The position numbers and the translations under genes are program-made. Below the pieces are notes generated by a model. The model had not been told where the DNA came from, did no database searches, and saw only the letters and a program-made list of their open reading frames with translations. 64,000 nucleotides of DNA from Pecten maximus (taxonomy: Eukaryota). The stretch is from the NCBI RefSeq assembly GCF_902652985.1, contig NC_047017.1, positions 10,974,001 to 11,038,000 of the forward strand. The letters are read 5' to 3'. Positions 13,446 through 26,444 of this stretch are shown here, in pieces (the stretch's first letter is position 1; the number at the start of each line of letters is the position of its first letter).

Positions 13446-16400
13446 ATGAATGCTAGACACCCTGTAGCTGTCCTGGATGATATATACTATAGACCGATCT
13501 CCTTAGGTAAACCTATGACGTATTATTATATTAGTCAGCAACACAGCTGATTGTTCTTAATCCATTAATTTCATTATGTTTTACATGTCTACATGTTATC
13601 TTAATATTCTCTCAGCATATTGAAATTTCCCCAATTTCAAATATTATCATATACATGACCTCTTGATAATGGCTTTTAAAATAATGAAACAATACTAAAT
13701 TATGTAACCTCATAAGAGATCAATACGATTTAGCATATTAAGATCACGGAAAGATGTGTTTGATTATTATTTACATTGTCTATGCCTAATGGTTCTGTTG
13801 CCACCACCCCGACTCTCATTTGAGATTGTTATTTAAGCCAATGTCGTCAATGAAGCAGAAGACGTTAACTCTCGCGGAGCGCATGGTCTTATTGTACCTT
13901 TTTCAGGAGTCTCCATATTTTTATTTTGTGCTCTTCAAATCGATTTTCAGCTTGACTAAAGGTTTCTTTTTATGTGGTATTCTTTGTTGTTTTTGGAACG
14001 TTCACATTCGATAACAGGTTTCACAATTGATCTGCTTAATGTAAATTAAAACCTATGTATTCATCAAATCATTCCATTGTAAAGTTGCATGTATATTTCA
14101 GTTGATGTGTTTGTGTGCAATGTTGCTGATAAGAAAAAGACCGCCAATCTTATCCAGTAAGTAATGGATGTTTGAATTGACATAAACGGTAATTTACAGC
14201 TTACCTTTAACACCATGTGTTAAGGGTAAGTGTTTTTGTGACTGCTGCTAAAGCATTTTCATGTTCAAAATATTTCGGGTTGGTTGAGGATTGACGGTGC
14301 AGACACATGTTAAGATCCTCTCCCAAACTGTTGCATTCTTTTATCCTTCTAAAAAATCGAATTAACAGGGAACAAAAGTCTACAATATCTCACTGCATCT
14401 TTTAAGAGACAATTAATTCTGTATCCCTGTAGAATGGCGGTGATCTTTTTACTTCAGTTTGGGGACATTGGAGACTCTAAGGATAAGGTCGGTCGTATCT
14501 TGCTGTAAGCGTCATACTATGTGACTTAAAGTCGGATCCTACTGTAGGGCGGTCATACTATATGGCTTAAAGTCGGATCCCATTGTAGAGCGGTCATAGT
14601 ATGTGACTTAAAGTCGTATCCCCCTGTAGAGCGGTCATAGTATGTGACTTAAAGTCGTATCCCCCTGTAGAGCGGTCATAGTATGTGACAAAGTCGGATC
14701 CCACTGTAGGGCAGTCATAGTATGTAACTTAAACTCGTATCCCACTGTAGGGCGGTCATACTATGTGACTTAAACTCGTATCCCACTGTAGGGCGGTCAT
14801 ACTATGTGACTTAAAGTCGGATCCCACTGTAGGGCGGCCATAGTATGTGACAAAACATCCGGCTTATCAGATTTGTTTGTTTGTGGGGGTTGGAGGGGGA
14901 TATTTCTGTATTGTTTCAAAATTATTTATTTCAGGTGCCTCAAAAAAGAATTTCCATTACCTAATTTTTGTCATCTGAAGCGGGTACGAGCAGTGAAAGG
15001 TGAGTGTTTCGGTGTAAAGGGAGAAAGCGAAGACAGACTTGATCAAATATAACACTGTAATTAATGCATTGGGGACAAGTATAACTTCTTAAGGATCAAA
15101 AAACCAATTGACATAGTATTGATACATATCTGGTAAACAGAATTTTAAATCCTTGAACAAATTCTTTTAGACAATAAGTATTCCTAAAAATGACGACATT
15201 AGATGTGTTGAAGGTATGAGCTTCGTTTAATGTAAAAGAAAGGACTTACCTTTTTAAAATTTTGATTTTATGAACATCATATAAGAGAGAATGAGTTCCC
15301 AATAAGAAAACTTCTGTTTGAGAATTCCTATAGAAGTTATAGCTATATAAGTACATACATACAAATGATTATTTTTAGATTCGCCCTTACAAGCTATCAT
15401 TTGTGATGGGTCTTGTGACATTGACCAGGTCATAATGACCTTATCTGAATCTCAGGATTACTCGACCTTGTCAAAGCCCTTCAAGGTCAAGGTACCAACG
15501 TCGATGCCCTTGACCAGACAGCAGTACGAGGAATCCATTTTGTACTGGCCTGTTAATTTTCATGAAGACAAAAGGTTTGTTTATTCTCTTGATTTCATTA
15601 CAAACTTGTACAACAGAGTAAATATAGTTTACACGTAAATATTGACTCTCCAAACTGTAGTTTTGTAGTTATAGTGTTGATTTTAATATCCCTGTGTTGA
15701 AGTTAGGTAAACCTTAACAGGGACAGTGTTTTTATGAGAAGATTTACCTTAATGATCTGTTACACTATGTTTGGTGTTATAGAGACTTAAAATGCTTTGT
15801 TATAGCATCACCAAGGCTTTAACGAAGCAGTTATTCAACACAGAGGAAGTTGACAGAATTTACTGTTATATGGAAGAGGCAATAGCGATGGCAAAAATTG
15901 GCGTTGAATCCAAACAGGTAGGTTTTTCAAAGAGTATACTCATGTCAGATGTGCATGTACTTACAGTGTACTTACAGTATAGTTGTTATATCCAACAAGA
16001 GTTATTCCCCTTTGTGTAACAGCTACAAATTTTGCGATCTCAAATTATTAAGTGCAGTGTAGCTGTAATTGAATTAAATGAAAATGTGATAAAGACTTTA
16101 CACAGTGGTCCTGTAGATGATGAATGAGAGAGTGTTTTTAGAGCCAACCAATATTGAATAAAATGTTTGTGTGTAATACGTTTTTGTGGATTTTAGGTCA
16201 TCTGACCCAAAAGGTCAAGATGACCTATAGCCATCGTGTTCCGTCCGTCGTCGTCCGCCGTCCGCCTTGCGTAAGCCTTTTTCTTTCAAAACGCTACTCC
16301 TCCTTAACCCTTGGTGGATTACTTCCAAATTTTGTTTCAAGCATCTTTGGGGGAAGGCAATCATATTTTTTATAAATGAGACTGGTCTGACCCCTGGGGC

Positions 16401-19327
16401 CCGAGGGGCGGGGCACCAAAGGGGAACTTTGGTGAATATTTGCTATAAAATCCTACCCCTTCTTTACCCTTGGGTGGATTACAACTAAATTTGGTGTGAA
16501 ACATCATTGGGGGAGGACAATCATATTTTATATAAATGAGGCTGGTGTGAGCTCAGGGGCCCGAAGGGAGGAGCCCCAAAAAGGGAACGTTGGTGAATTT
16601 TTGCTTTAAAATCCTACTCCTCCTTAACCCTTTGGTGGATTTCATCCAAATGATGTGAAAAATCACTGGGGGAGGGCAATCATATTTTATATAAATGAGG
16701 CTGGTGTGAGCCCTGGGGTCAGAGGGGCTGGGCCCCAAAAAGGGAATTTGGTGAATTTTTGCTTTAAAATCCGACTCCTTAACCCTTTGATGGATTTCAT
16801 CCAAATTTGGTGTGAAAAAGCATTGGGGGAGGGCAATCTGACCCCTGGGGCAACAGTTGCGGGGCCCCGAAAGGGGAACGTTAGTAAATTATTGCTTTAA
16901 AACCCTACTCTTCTTGGTTGGATTACATCCAAATTTGGTTTGATTATTCTAAGAGGGTGGCAATCACACTTTTTATAAGTGGTGCTTATGGGGCCCCTGG
17001 GGACAGAAGGGCGAGGCCCCAAAAGGAGAACTCAACAAAAAGTTTGCTTTAAAATTGTACTCCTTCTTAATGCCTTAATTGATTACAGCAATATTCAGTA
17101 TGAAACGTCATTGGGGAAGGCAAATCCCTAATTGCTATAATTGAGGCTTGTTCGACCCATTGGGATAGAGGGACATGCCCCAAAAATGGGAACTTGGCTG
17201 AAATTTTGCTTTAAGATACTGCTCCTCCTTTAAGCCAAAAAGGATAAAAACCAGATTTGATCTGAAACATAACTGCCTGCATATAAATAATTCATGGTAA
17301 TGATGCTGGATTGAGGGGTGTGTCCCCGCTGTAAGTGTTTGTCAGATGACTGTTAAGGCCAATGGACCTCTTGTTGTGTTTTAGTTTCCTATAGGTGCAG
17401 TGGTAGTGGATCCCGACCAGAATGAAGTGATCGCTAAAGGTTACGACCTTCGACACGGCTCTCATCCATTGCAGCATGCTACCATGGTGACCATTGACCT
17501 TGTGGCAAGGGCACAGGGTGGAGGGATGTGGCCTTTGGAAGGTATCTAATTACTATGTACATTGTCAGGTCTCCTGTCCCATGATGTCTTTCAACAGAGT
17601 TCAGACCATTTTTATATAAAAAAAAATCTCAACATCATTTTAGCACAACCAAACAGTCCTCCTTTTGTGTATATCAGAAAATAGCATGTTAAAGGTGAGT
17701 GTCCTTTCCTACCAGACACTACGGCTGTTATGACGGTTTTTATCTCAATATCAAAGTTTGTTAACAGAACATCCTCCATCTCTATCACACTTTACCAAAC
17801 ATTTCTAAATTGTGTAAGATCACGTTTGATCAAATACATTAAACTCAGTAATTATGACCCGCTAATTATGGCCTGTTTATTTCGAAACCCAAATCATTTT
17901 TTAACCTTACTAGATATTAACGTGTTATTCCCTGTGCGTCTTCCTCAGGTTATAAGTCAATGTACTACAAATCTCCTGACGATAGTCTGAAGTCAACACC
18001 TGTCACATATCCAGTTCTCCAGTCAACACCCGTCACATGTCCAGATATCAAGTCAATACCCGTCACATGTCCAGATATCCAGTCAACACCCGTCACATGT
18101 CCAGATATCAAGTCAATACCCGTCACGTGTCCAGATATCAAGTCACATGTCACATGTCCAGATATCAATAAAAAGTTCATTAAATCTGGTCAAACAACAG
18201 GCAGTGGTCATTGTTCTAAGACCAGTAGTGACCTCATTGGAACAGAGACTGATGAAGTGAAAGAGAAGACTGGACCGTACCTGTGTACCGGTTACGACAT
18301 CTATCTGACCAGGGAGCCGTGTGTTATGTAAGTACAGGTAGATTTGTACCTTTGTACCGGTTACGAAATCTATCTGACCAGGGAGCCGTGTGTTATGTAA
18401 GTACAGGTAGATTTGTACCTATGTACCGGTTACGACATCTATCTGACCAGGGAGCCGTGTGTTATGTAAGTACAGGTAGATTTGTACCTTTGTACCGGTT
18501 ACGAAATCTATCTGACCAGGGAGCCGTGTGTTATGTAAGTACAGGTAGATTTGTACCTATGTACCGGTTACGACATCTATCTACCAGGGAGTCGTGTGTT
18601 ATGTAAGTACAGGTAGATTTGTACCTATGTACCGGTTACGACATCTATCTGACCAGGGAGCCGTGTGTTATGTAAGTACAGGTAGAGTTGTATCTATGTA
18701 CCGGTTATGACATCTGTCTGACCAGGGAGCCGTGTGTAATGTAAGTACAGGTAGATTTGTACCTATGTACCTGTTACGACATCTATCTACCAGGGAGCGT
18801 TTGTTATGTAAGTACAGGTAGATTTGTACCTATGTACCGGTTACTACATATATCTGACCAGGGAGCCGTGTGTTATGTAAGTACAGGTAGATTTGTACCT
18901 ATGTACCGGTTACGACATATATCTGACCAGGGAGCCGTGTGTAATGTAAGTACAGGTAGATTGATACCCATGTACCGGTAACGATATCTATCTGACCAGG
19001 GAGTCGTGTATTATGTAAGTACAGGTAAAACACAAGTCCCTCCAGGTTTTCATTTCTTTGTAACACTATACCATTGCAAATTCACATCAATGTTAAATAC
19101 AAGTGTGCCTGTTAGATAATACTTTCTCTCATAATTCCAGGTGCGCTATGGCCCTCGTTCATTCCCGGATAGGACGTGTCTTCTATGGAAGTCCATTTCC
19201 TCAGGAAGGAGCGCTCGGATCAAAGTACAAGCTTCACACCCAGACAGGTCTCAACCACCACTACCAAGTCTTCTGTGATGTGTTGGAAGCTGAGTGTGAA
19301 CATCTGTACGACGCAGCTGTAACATAG
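13446..19327 (+). CDS. ADAT3: ADAT3 copy 2 (tRNA-specific adenosine-34 deaminase non-catalytic subunit), ~403 aa
   Basis: GT-AG exons 13429(ATG 13446)-13506, 14102-14156, 14935-14999, 15379-15574, 15806-15917, 17385-17541, 17949-18327 and 19141-19327 splice in frame (1212 nt). Motifs [27 protein letters not shown] (no catalytic Glu) and [22 protein letters not shown]. Confidence 0.9.
14490..14852 (+). repeat. 41-bp minisatellite in ADAT3 intron 2 (~9 units; ~2 at 31215-31290, ~6 at 46378-46610)
   Basis: Unit TATGTGACTTAAAGTCGGATCCCACTGTAGGGCGGTCATA(C/G). Confidence 0.85.
16191..17375 (+). mobile_element. Helentron-associated non-autonomous element (HINE-like) in ADAT3 copy 2 intron 5
   Basis: 5' TTTTAGGTCATCTGAC, nearby inverted GTCAAGATGACCT, GTCC/GTC microsatellite, degenerate satellite core, 3' GTCAGATGAC and GGCCAATGGACCTCTTGTT. 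Absent from copy 4. Confidence 0.8.
17990..18170 (+). repeat. 30-bp coding repeat ([10 protein letters not shown]) in ADAT3 exon 7
   Basis: About 6 units in copies 2 and 3, about 4 in copy 4. Exon 7 is 379 nt versus 319 nt. Confidence 0.9.
18278..19027 (+). repeat. 69-bp exon-end/donor minisatellite, 11 units (first unit is the real end of exon 7)
   Basis: Same unit as at 1-4659, beginning at ...GGACCG-TACCTGTGT within exon 7. Confidence 0.97.
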
Positions 19328-20590
19328 GGCATGGTCGTCCTTTACTACTGGGTTACACTGACATGTTCTATATGGTGACCAATCAAGCTACAGGGTGTAG
19401 ATATTATTGACCAATTCAGTTACAGGATGTGATCATCCTTGACCAATTAAGTGACAGGATGTAGACATTCTTGACCAATTAAGTGATAGGATGTAGGTAT
19501 TCTTGACCAATCAAGTTACAGGATGTGGACATTCTTGTTCGGTGAAGTTACAGAATGTGGACATTCATGACCTGTCAAGTTACAGGATAAAGACATAATA
19601 TTTTATTTGATGGCTAATTGAAGGATGTTGACAATCTGGACCTGTGCAGTTTAATGATAAGATTAAGGGACACATGTTTCATCAGAAATTACTCTGGTCG
19701 AAAGTTTCTTGGACCGGATATACAAAATGTATGTTTTATACAATAAAATTTACAAATTAGATAGATTTGAGTGTTTACTGAACATATTCATACCCGTATC
19801 TGGAGCTAAAAAGAATTAGCCAGGCCTGTGAGGAAGACTTGGAGAAGGATTAGGTAGGTCTAGGTGGTAAGACTATGTCAGATTACATTAAGGGTTCATG
19901 TATCGGCAATGGGGATCTCGTCGGATACCCATAGTTGATTGCACTACTGTAAATGTTGAAATTTACGCGCGGGGGGGAATTTACGCTAATTACTCATTTT
20001 GTTCGTGAAAATTTCCCCCACGCCTGTTATTTTGATATCAATTTGCGTAATCTTGAAATACTGTCAACCTTAACACTGGTGTCTTAAGGGATGCTCTTCA
20101 GGTAAGGAATATTGATGAAACCACAGGGACTTGGCTCAAATGTCCAACCTTCGGTCCTTTTTCAGGTATATTATACAATACATGTTTTGGAATTTGCCAA
20201 TTCCCTGAAAGGGACACATATTTAAGACCCTCTATTTTAAGAATTTTCTGTGATAAAAAGTTGAATATTGTACTAGTACCGGTTAAATCATATAAATACA
20301 ATAGTCCTCCACACCAAAGATCAAATCCCATCTGGCAGTTCAGGAAAAATACTTCAACGAATTAGTCTCTTATATCCCTGTTTGCCCCCACCCTCAAATA
20401 AATAGGGATCCAGATTTGTTGTTAAACAAAATAAGATCCCCTTCATCCAATGATGTTTCAGACCAAATTTGGACCAGAGCTTTTCCTTTTGGATACTGTT
20501 CCTCAATTTTAGCTCACCTAGCACTCAGTTAATGCTAAAGAGCTTTCAATGTTTTAATTCATGTTGTAACGCGAATGATGTATTAGAATC

Positions 20591-20918
20591 GAACTTCCGT
20601 GTAGCTGGTGTGTCGTCGCTCGTGGACTGTCCTTGGTCACAGTGAACACATTGCATCCTGAACTGACAATGAATTCCCCATTTCTGTACGCTATACCGTA
20701 ACACCGTTTGTCGATGTTTATTTCGAATGTCAGAATAAGTTTAGAGGGTGCGACTGTTACTAAACATAAATGTACATAGCGACCGCCACGGGGGTGTTGT
20801 CAACCTTACACATCTCATGGACTTCCGTTCACCTTCAATTCGTCCACAACATTTCCTTCTGTGTCGATTAACTCGATTTTATCGTTTCTGTCTTCTCCCA
20901 CCACAATTCGTCCAGCTG
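20591..20918 (-). pseudogene. Degenerate NHL fragment
   Basis: Homologous to 6400-6678 and to the TRIM NHL region, with indels. Confidence 0.8.
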
Positions 20919-21529
20919 TAAACAGTTTTTTTCCTTTTTTGGAATTCCTTGTTACACTTGGTGTAATAGCAGTCTAAATTGTTTGTCAATGTAATTTCAT
21001 TATCGCCTAATAGGCCATTTAAAAAAATAAAACAAAAAGAAATAAACGATATGATAGAACTGACCATTATTTATTCATAATTTTTTTATGTCAAGTTCTC
21101 AACATACAATGAGAAGTATGTGTTTAGAAAAAGAACCTTCCAAAACATTAATTGATGTGTGTACTCTATCATGTGTTTAGTAGTATACTGTATACCTTTA
21201 TACCTAAATAACCGTATATATTTTTTTGCTGATATTAGTGCATGTATATTGTTTTGTTTGTAAAACACAATGTTACTTCATCTAACCATCATGATATGAT
21301 ATAATATATAGTATATCACCCTCACAACATCAACAGTAGTATTTCAGTCATTATTCCTAAAGAGTTAAAACTGAAACAATAAATCAGACAAATAGTTTTA
21401 AGCATGCTGTTGTTGCATCATTCTTTTAAGGCGATATGTTAACTCACTTTGCAATCATACAATTTAATAATGACCCATACAACTTTCAACGATGGAACTT
21501 CTCGAACAGTCTCTATGCTTAAAATGACA

Positions 21530-21680
21530 ATAAATTAATAAAGTTTTATTATTGACAAAATACATTAATAAAGTATTATTATCGACACAATACATTAATA
21601 AAGTATTATTATCGACATAATACATTAATAAAGTATTATTATCGACACAATACATTAATAAAGTTTTATTATCGACACAA
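21530..21680 (+). repeat. 30-bp AT-rich minisatellite (also ~38108-38255, ~57063-57150)
   Basis: Unit ATTAATAAAGTATTATTATCGACACAATAC, 3-5 copies. Confidence 0.85.
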
Positions 21681-22465
21681 TGTGCCTCATGGGCACCTCT
21701 CTGTGTCCACAGTTACCATGACAATATACTAGTTAACAAAGTTTTAATGTTGAAGAGATAGCTGGTATTTTCCCATTAAGATGAATTCAGCCAAAGTCTG
21801 TTAATTCCCTCTTGTTTCTCAATGGTCCTCAAAAGATTAAGGAAAAAATACACACACAAACACTTCAATATTGCATTAAGTAGCTTTGGAATATCCATAT
21901 TATATGCTTTGTATGAAAATCTCTAAGCCTTCGCAACGAAGTGGTTATTTGGTAGGCCTAAGGGGAACAGGTTTTGCATTCATGATGACATATACATGTA
22001 TATAAATTGAAAATAGTTAAAAACTGACACAGACAGAAATGAGGGCTGCCGACTGTGTGTATAAATATATTATATATATATATAAACATAGTAACACAAT
22101 TGAAGGAAGACAACTTTATGACTCGTGCCCTTACCGGGCCTCGAAGTCACGATCTACAGCACCCAATATATATATATATATATATGACAATTTACTTGTC
22201 TGTACTGTAGTTGTTACTACTTGACAAATTATACATGTATGTCCACACTGTTAAGTAATTCGTATCCTGCATACAAACTTTTCCAAGGATCCAGTGTTAC
22301 CCGGATTATAACCGTTAATATTACTTCTTTGACCCATATATATATGTAATGTACACACAATAAAATTATGTTACACAAACAACATCGAATGAAATAACCA
22401 AATTCCATTGGCAGACATCAAGCGAATGCGATACTAGATGTTGAGTCATTGTATTGTATAACGAG

Positions 22466-23296
22466 TCAAACAAGTTGAAACACTGTGATAAAGTTACATT
22501 GTGTAGAAGAAATATCAGTCAGTACAAGTTTGTCTCCACATATGGATATGGCTTCAGGCTCTGTGATACCGTCCTTTGTCGTTAATAGTTCCCGGACGTT
22601 TGTTCCATCTCCGGACATCTGTATCACTTTCTTGGGAAAGTTACCACAGACATACACGTTACCTTCCCTGTCGACGTCCACGCCATAAGCGTTCTTCACA
22701 ACACCAACATTCAACACACTGGAGTATGTGTTGTCTGAGGACAGTCTACCAACAACCACACTGCCAGTGCTACTTGTGTAGTGAGTGGTAAAGAGTTTTC
22801 CATTATTTAAATCATATGACAACGCGAATACTGTATCAGAACTTTCATGTATCTGGCGTGTCATCGCTCGTGGACTGTCCTTAGTCACAGAGAACACATT
22901 GCATTCTGAACTGACGACGAATTTGCCATTTCTGTACGCTATACCGTAACATGGTTTGTTGATGTTTATTTCAGATGCCAAAGTAAGTTTAGAGGGTGCG
23001 ACTGTTATTAAACAGATACATCCGGGATCGCTGTACATAGCGACCGCCACGGTGGTGTTGTCAACCATACACATGTCATAAGGACTTCCGTTCACCTTCA
23101 ACTCGTCCACAACATTTCCTTCTGTGTCGATTAACTTGATTTCATAGTTTCCGTCATCTCCCACCACAATTCGTCCATCTGGTACGTAAACAACTCCACG
23201 GGAAGAACAATCGTACTCATCGGATGGATATTTAATGTAAATCTTTCTTAATTCCATGACATCACGCTCAGATAAAGGTTTAGCGAATTTATACAT
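22466..23296 (-). CDS. Stand-alone NHL/beta-propeller ORF (276 aa), second copy
   Basis: Intact ORF nearly identical to 7204-8034. Differences: SEYN/SECN, SDIV/SDTV, TNRTGR/TSSTGS. Confidence 0.6.
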   Translation of the reverse strand: MYKFAKPLSERDVMELRKIYIKYPSDEYDCSSRGVVYVPDGRIVVGDDGNYEIKLIDTEGNVVDELKVNGSPYDMCMVDNTTVAVAMYSDPGCICLITVAPSKLTLASEININKPCYGIAYRNGKFVVSSECNVFSVTKDSPRAMTRQIHESSDTVFALSYDLNNGKLFTTHYTSSTGSVVVGRLSSDNTYSSVLNVGVVKNAYGVDVDREGNVYVCGNFPKKVIQMSGDGTNVRELLTTKDGITEPEAISICGDKLVLTDISSTQCNFITVFQLV

Positions 23297-24441
23297 TTAC
23301 ATCATATACATTATATCTCCTTTGCCAATTAATGCTCCAGACCAAATTTCATAAGAATCCATTCGTTCAAGACTAGTAGCGGAAACGTTAACGGACTATG
23401 TGCCATGACATAGGGGATTTAGAATAACCAAAGACGACATCACCACTTAATTCAACATGAGAGTGAAAGAACCAGGAATGGTAATACACTGCTGTAACAA
23501 CTGAAAGGAAAATTGGCAAAGCATTAACTATTGACGTCCCAAGATATATGCAATAGGTTCGACACAACTCTTTACAGCTTCATATATCAATGCCTCAGCG
23601 TGATGGTAGCAAACTACTCGGCAATAGTGATAGGGAATTTACAATAATGAAAAATATACGTACTGAGTGAAAAACGTCTCAAAAATGGTCAGAGGGTATG
23701 ATTATTATAATGAAATAATAAATGTTCATAATTATTTGCTGTTTTCATACCGAACGGCAATAACACAAAGGAAAATAGAGACTTGCTCATGCTCTTCTTA
23801 TCTAAAGAGAAAAAAGGTAAAAACGGTAACGTAAAATTGACCTTTATTTGTGAATGAACCTAATCTGAAATACAAAGTATCACATACACATTTACGTGTC
23901 CAAAACCACACGCATTTCTGGTGTTTAGTTGTTAATGGTCCATCAACACTATGAAGGTCAATAGGGGGGAAAAAAGAGGCGAATATAATTATAAGTACTC
24001 TGGGGAAAGGACGAAACAACATCAAACAAACGAAACGTGTAAACTGTAAATATGTATTGGTACGCTACTGTTTAAAATGAAAAAGTTGCTATGTTACTCA
24101 AATCTTGTAATACAGACAATGGTCATCAGCTTTTAGATAGTTCAACATTTTGCATCTGTTAATATGTGAGCACTGAGGCTGGTCCTCACGCTTATATAAG
24201 TAAGAATGCGTTCTATATGTATGGCCCATCCTAAGACGGGCAAGAACAATCTCGTTCAGGTGTGTAATAATACTAGCAGTATCAAAGATTTCTTCTTCGG
24301 CTTACCGAGATAAAACGTAATACATGTATGTTTTTTATCTGTTCAACTTGCTCTGGTACAATAAATGAAATAATCAAAATTCCAAATTGGCAGACCAGCG
24401 AATGAGATACTAGATGTTGAGTCATTGTATTGTATAACGAG

Positions 24442-26444
24442 TCAAACAAGTTGATACACTGTGATATAGTTACATTGTGCAGTCGAATAATTAGTCAGTA
24501 CAAGTTTGTCACCACATACGGATATGGCTTCAGGCTTAGCGATACCGTCCTTTGTCGTTAACAGTTCCCGGACGTTTGTTCCATCCCCGGACATCTGTAT
24601 CACGTTGTTGGAACCGTAGCCACAGACATACACGTTACCTTCCCTGTCCACGTCCACGCCATAAGCGCTTTCTCCACAACACCAACATTCAACACACTGG
24701 AGTATGTGTTGTCTGAGGACAGTCTACCAACAACCACACTGCCAGTGCTACTTGCGTAGTGAGTGGTAAAGAGTTTTCCATTATTTAAATCATATGACAA
24801 TGCAAATACTGTATCAGAACTTTCATGTATCTGGCGTGTCATCGCTCGTGGACTGTCCTTAGTCACAATGAACACATTGCGTCCTGAACTGACGACGAAT
24901 TCGCCATTTCTGTACGCTATACCGTTACATGGTTTGTCGATGTTTATTTCAGATGCCAGAATAAGTTTAGAGGGTGCGACTGTTACTAAACAGATACATC
25001 CGGGATTAATGTTCATAGCGACCGCCACGGTGGTGTTGTCAACCATACACATGTCATAAGGACTTCCGTTCACCTTCAACTCGTCCACAACATTTCCTTC
25101 TGTGTCGATTAACTTGATTTTTTTGTTTCTGTCATCTCCCACCACAATTCGTCCATCTGGTAGGTAAACAACTCCACGGGAATAACAATCGTACTCATCG
25201 GATGGACATTTAATGTAAATCTTTTGTAACTCCTTGACATCACGCTCAGATAAAGGTTTAGCGAAAGCATTTGTATCAGCTGGAGTATGTTGGTGCTGCT
25301 TTCGGACAATGATTTTTCCAAAACTCAAAGCTGGCCTTGGGCTTGTCATGTGGAGATCAGCTTCATGCTCTATACTGATGGATGAAAGTGATGTCTGCAC
25401 CTCTCTCAGTAAATCCCTACACGACTCGACCTCCGCCTGACCTCGTTGGTACAACAGGATCATGTCCATGTGGTCATTCCTCTGTTGGGCTGTAGTGGAC
25501 GACTCTAGTGTATTCTGTATAGCGACCTTCAGTCGTTCACACTTCTGACTGGACACCTTCAGGTTTTCTCTCTCCTCTTTATACTTAGCTATCAAGTCAT
25601 CTGTGATTTCCTTTTTCATCTCTTCAATACGATTAATGATCTGTTCCTGTAGGTCGTCAATGTTTTTCATTGCTGTGTCTTTGCCGTCTGCAATACTTTG
25701 GAGTTGTAGGTGGAAGTCCTTTACCAGTGACTCCATTTCCTTTTCCCCTTTTTGTAGTGATTTCCTCATCTCCTCTAGCCAGTGACCACTGGTCAGTTTC
25801 TCACAGTATTCTTCTGTCGTGGCCACAGCGTCACATTTCCTGTGGCCAACTGTTATACATTTACAACAGCCGATGGATTTGTGGTCCTCACAGTAGTAAT
25901 CCATCTTTTCCTTGTGTTTGTTACAAATCTTGTCTGATGTTGACTGGTTCAGAAGGAAACTCTTCGTCTCTGTTATATCTACAACATCACAGTTGATGTG
26001 AATCATATCGTGGAAATCCACCTTACATGACTCACAGAATAAAGACTGAGTTGTTTTACACCAGAACTTTGCTGACGTCATCAGGTTCCCTTTCCTCTGG
26101 CACGGCATACAGTAATGTGGTTCCGATGACCTGTTTTTCAACTCTATCATCTCCACGACAGCTATGTCGGTCGGAAACTGCTTGGCCCAGTCCTCCTTGT
26201 CTTCTGATTTGTCCACAGGGTGGGTTAGTTTCCTACATACCGGACAGGTGAAGGACACCGCCGTATCACTCGTCCCCGACACTTCGCGGATGATGTAACT
26301 GGTCAAGCATTCCTGACAAAGGGAATGGTGACATGGTAGACACTTCGGCTGCCGTAACTGTTCCAGACAAATGGGACAGTCGAGAAGATGTGAGTTCCCA
26401 GACGGATTGTCCGGAGGTGTGAGCTGAGGACCTCCTTCTGCCAT
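24442..26444 (-). pseudogene. TRIM-NHL copy B, frameshifted in distal NHL blades
   Basis: A +2 frameshift at ~24668 (GAG AAA GC GCT TAT) ends the ORF at 24600 (614 aa). The remaining blade sequence continues in another frame to 24442. Confidence 0.85.

Noticed and set aside
16154-16900. Small ORFs in ADAT3 intron 5
   Set aside because: They lie within the HINE satellite core and show no transposase or Rep/helicase motifs.
17385-17541. Catalytically active deaminase (ADAT2/TadA/APOBEC-like) that might mutate the TRIM genes
   Set aside because: The motif is HATM, lacking the catalytic Glu of HAE, and the N-terminal HLKRV domain marks it as ADAT3. The NHL variation shows no obvious single-base-type signature.
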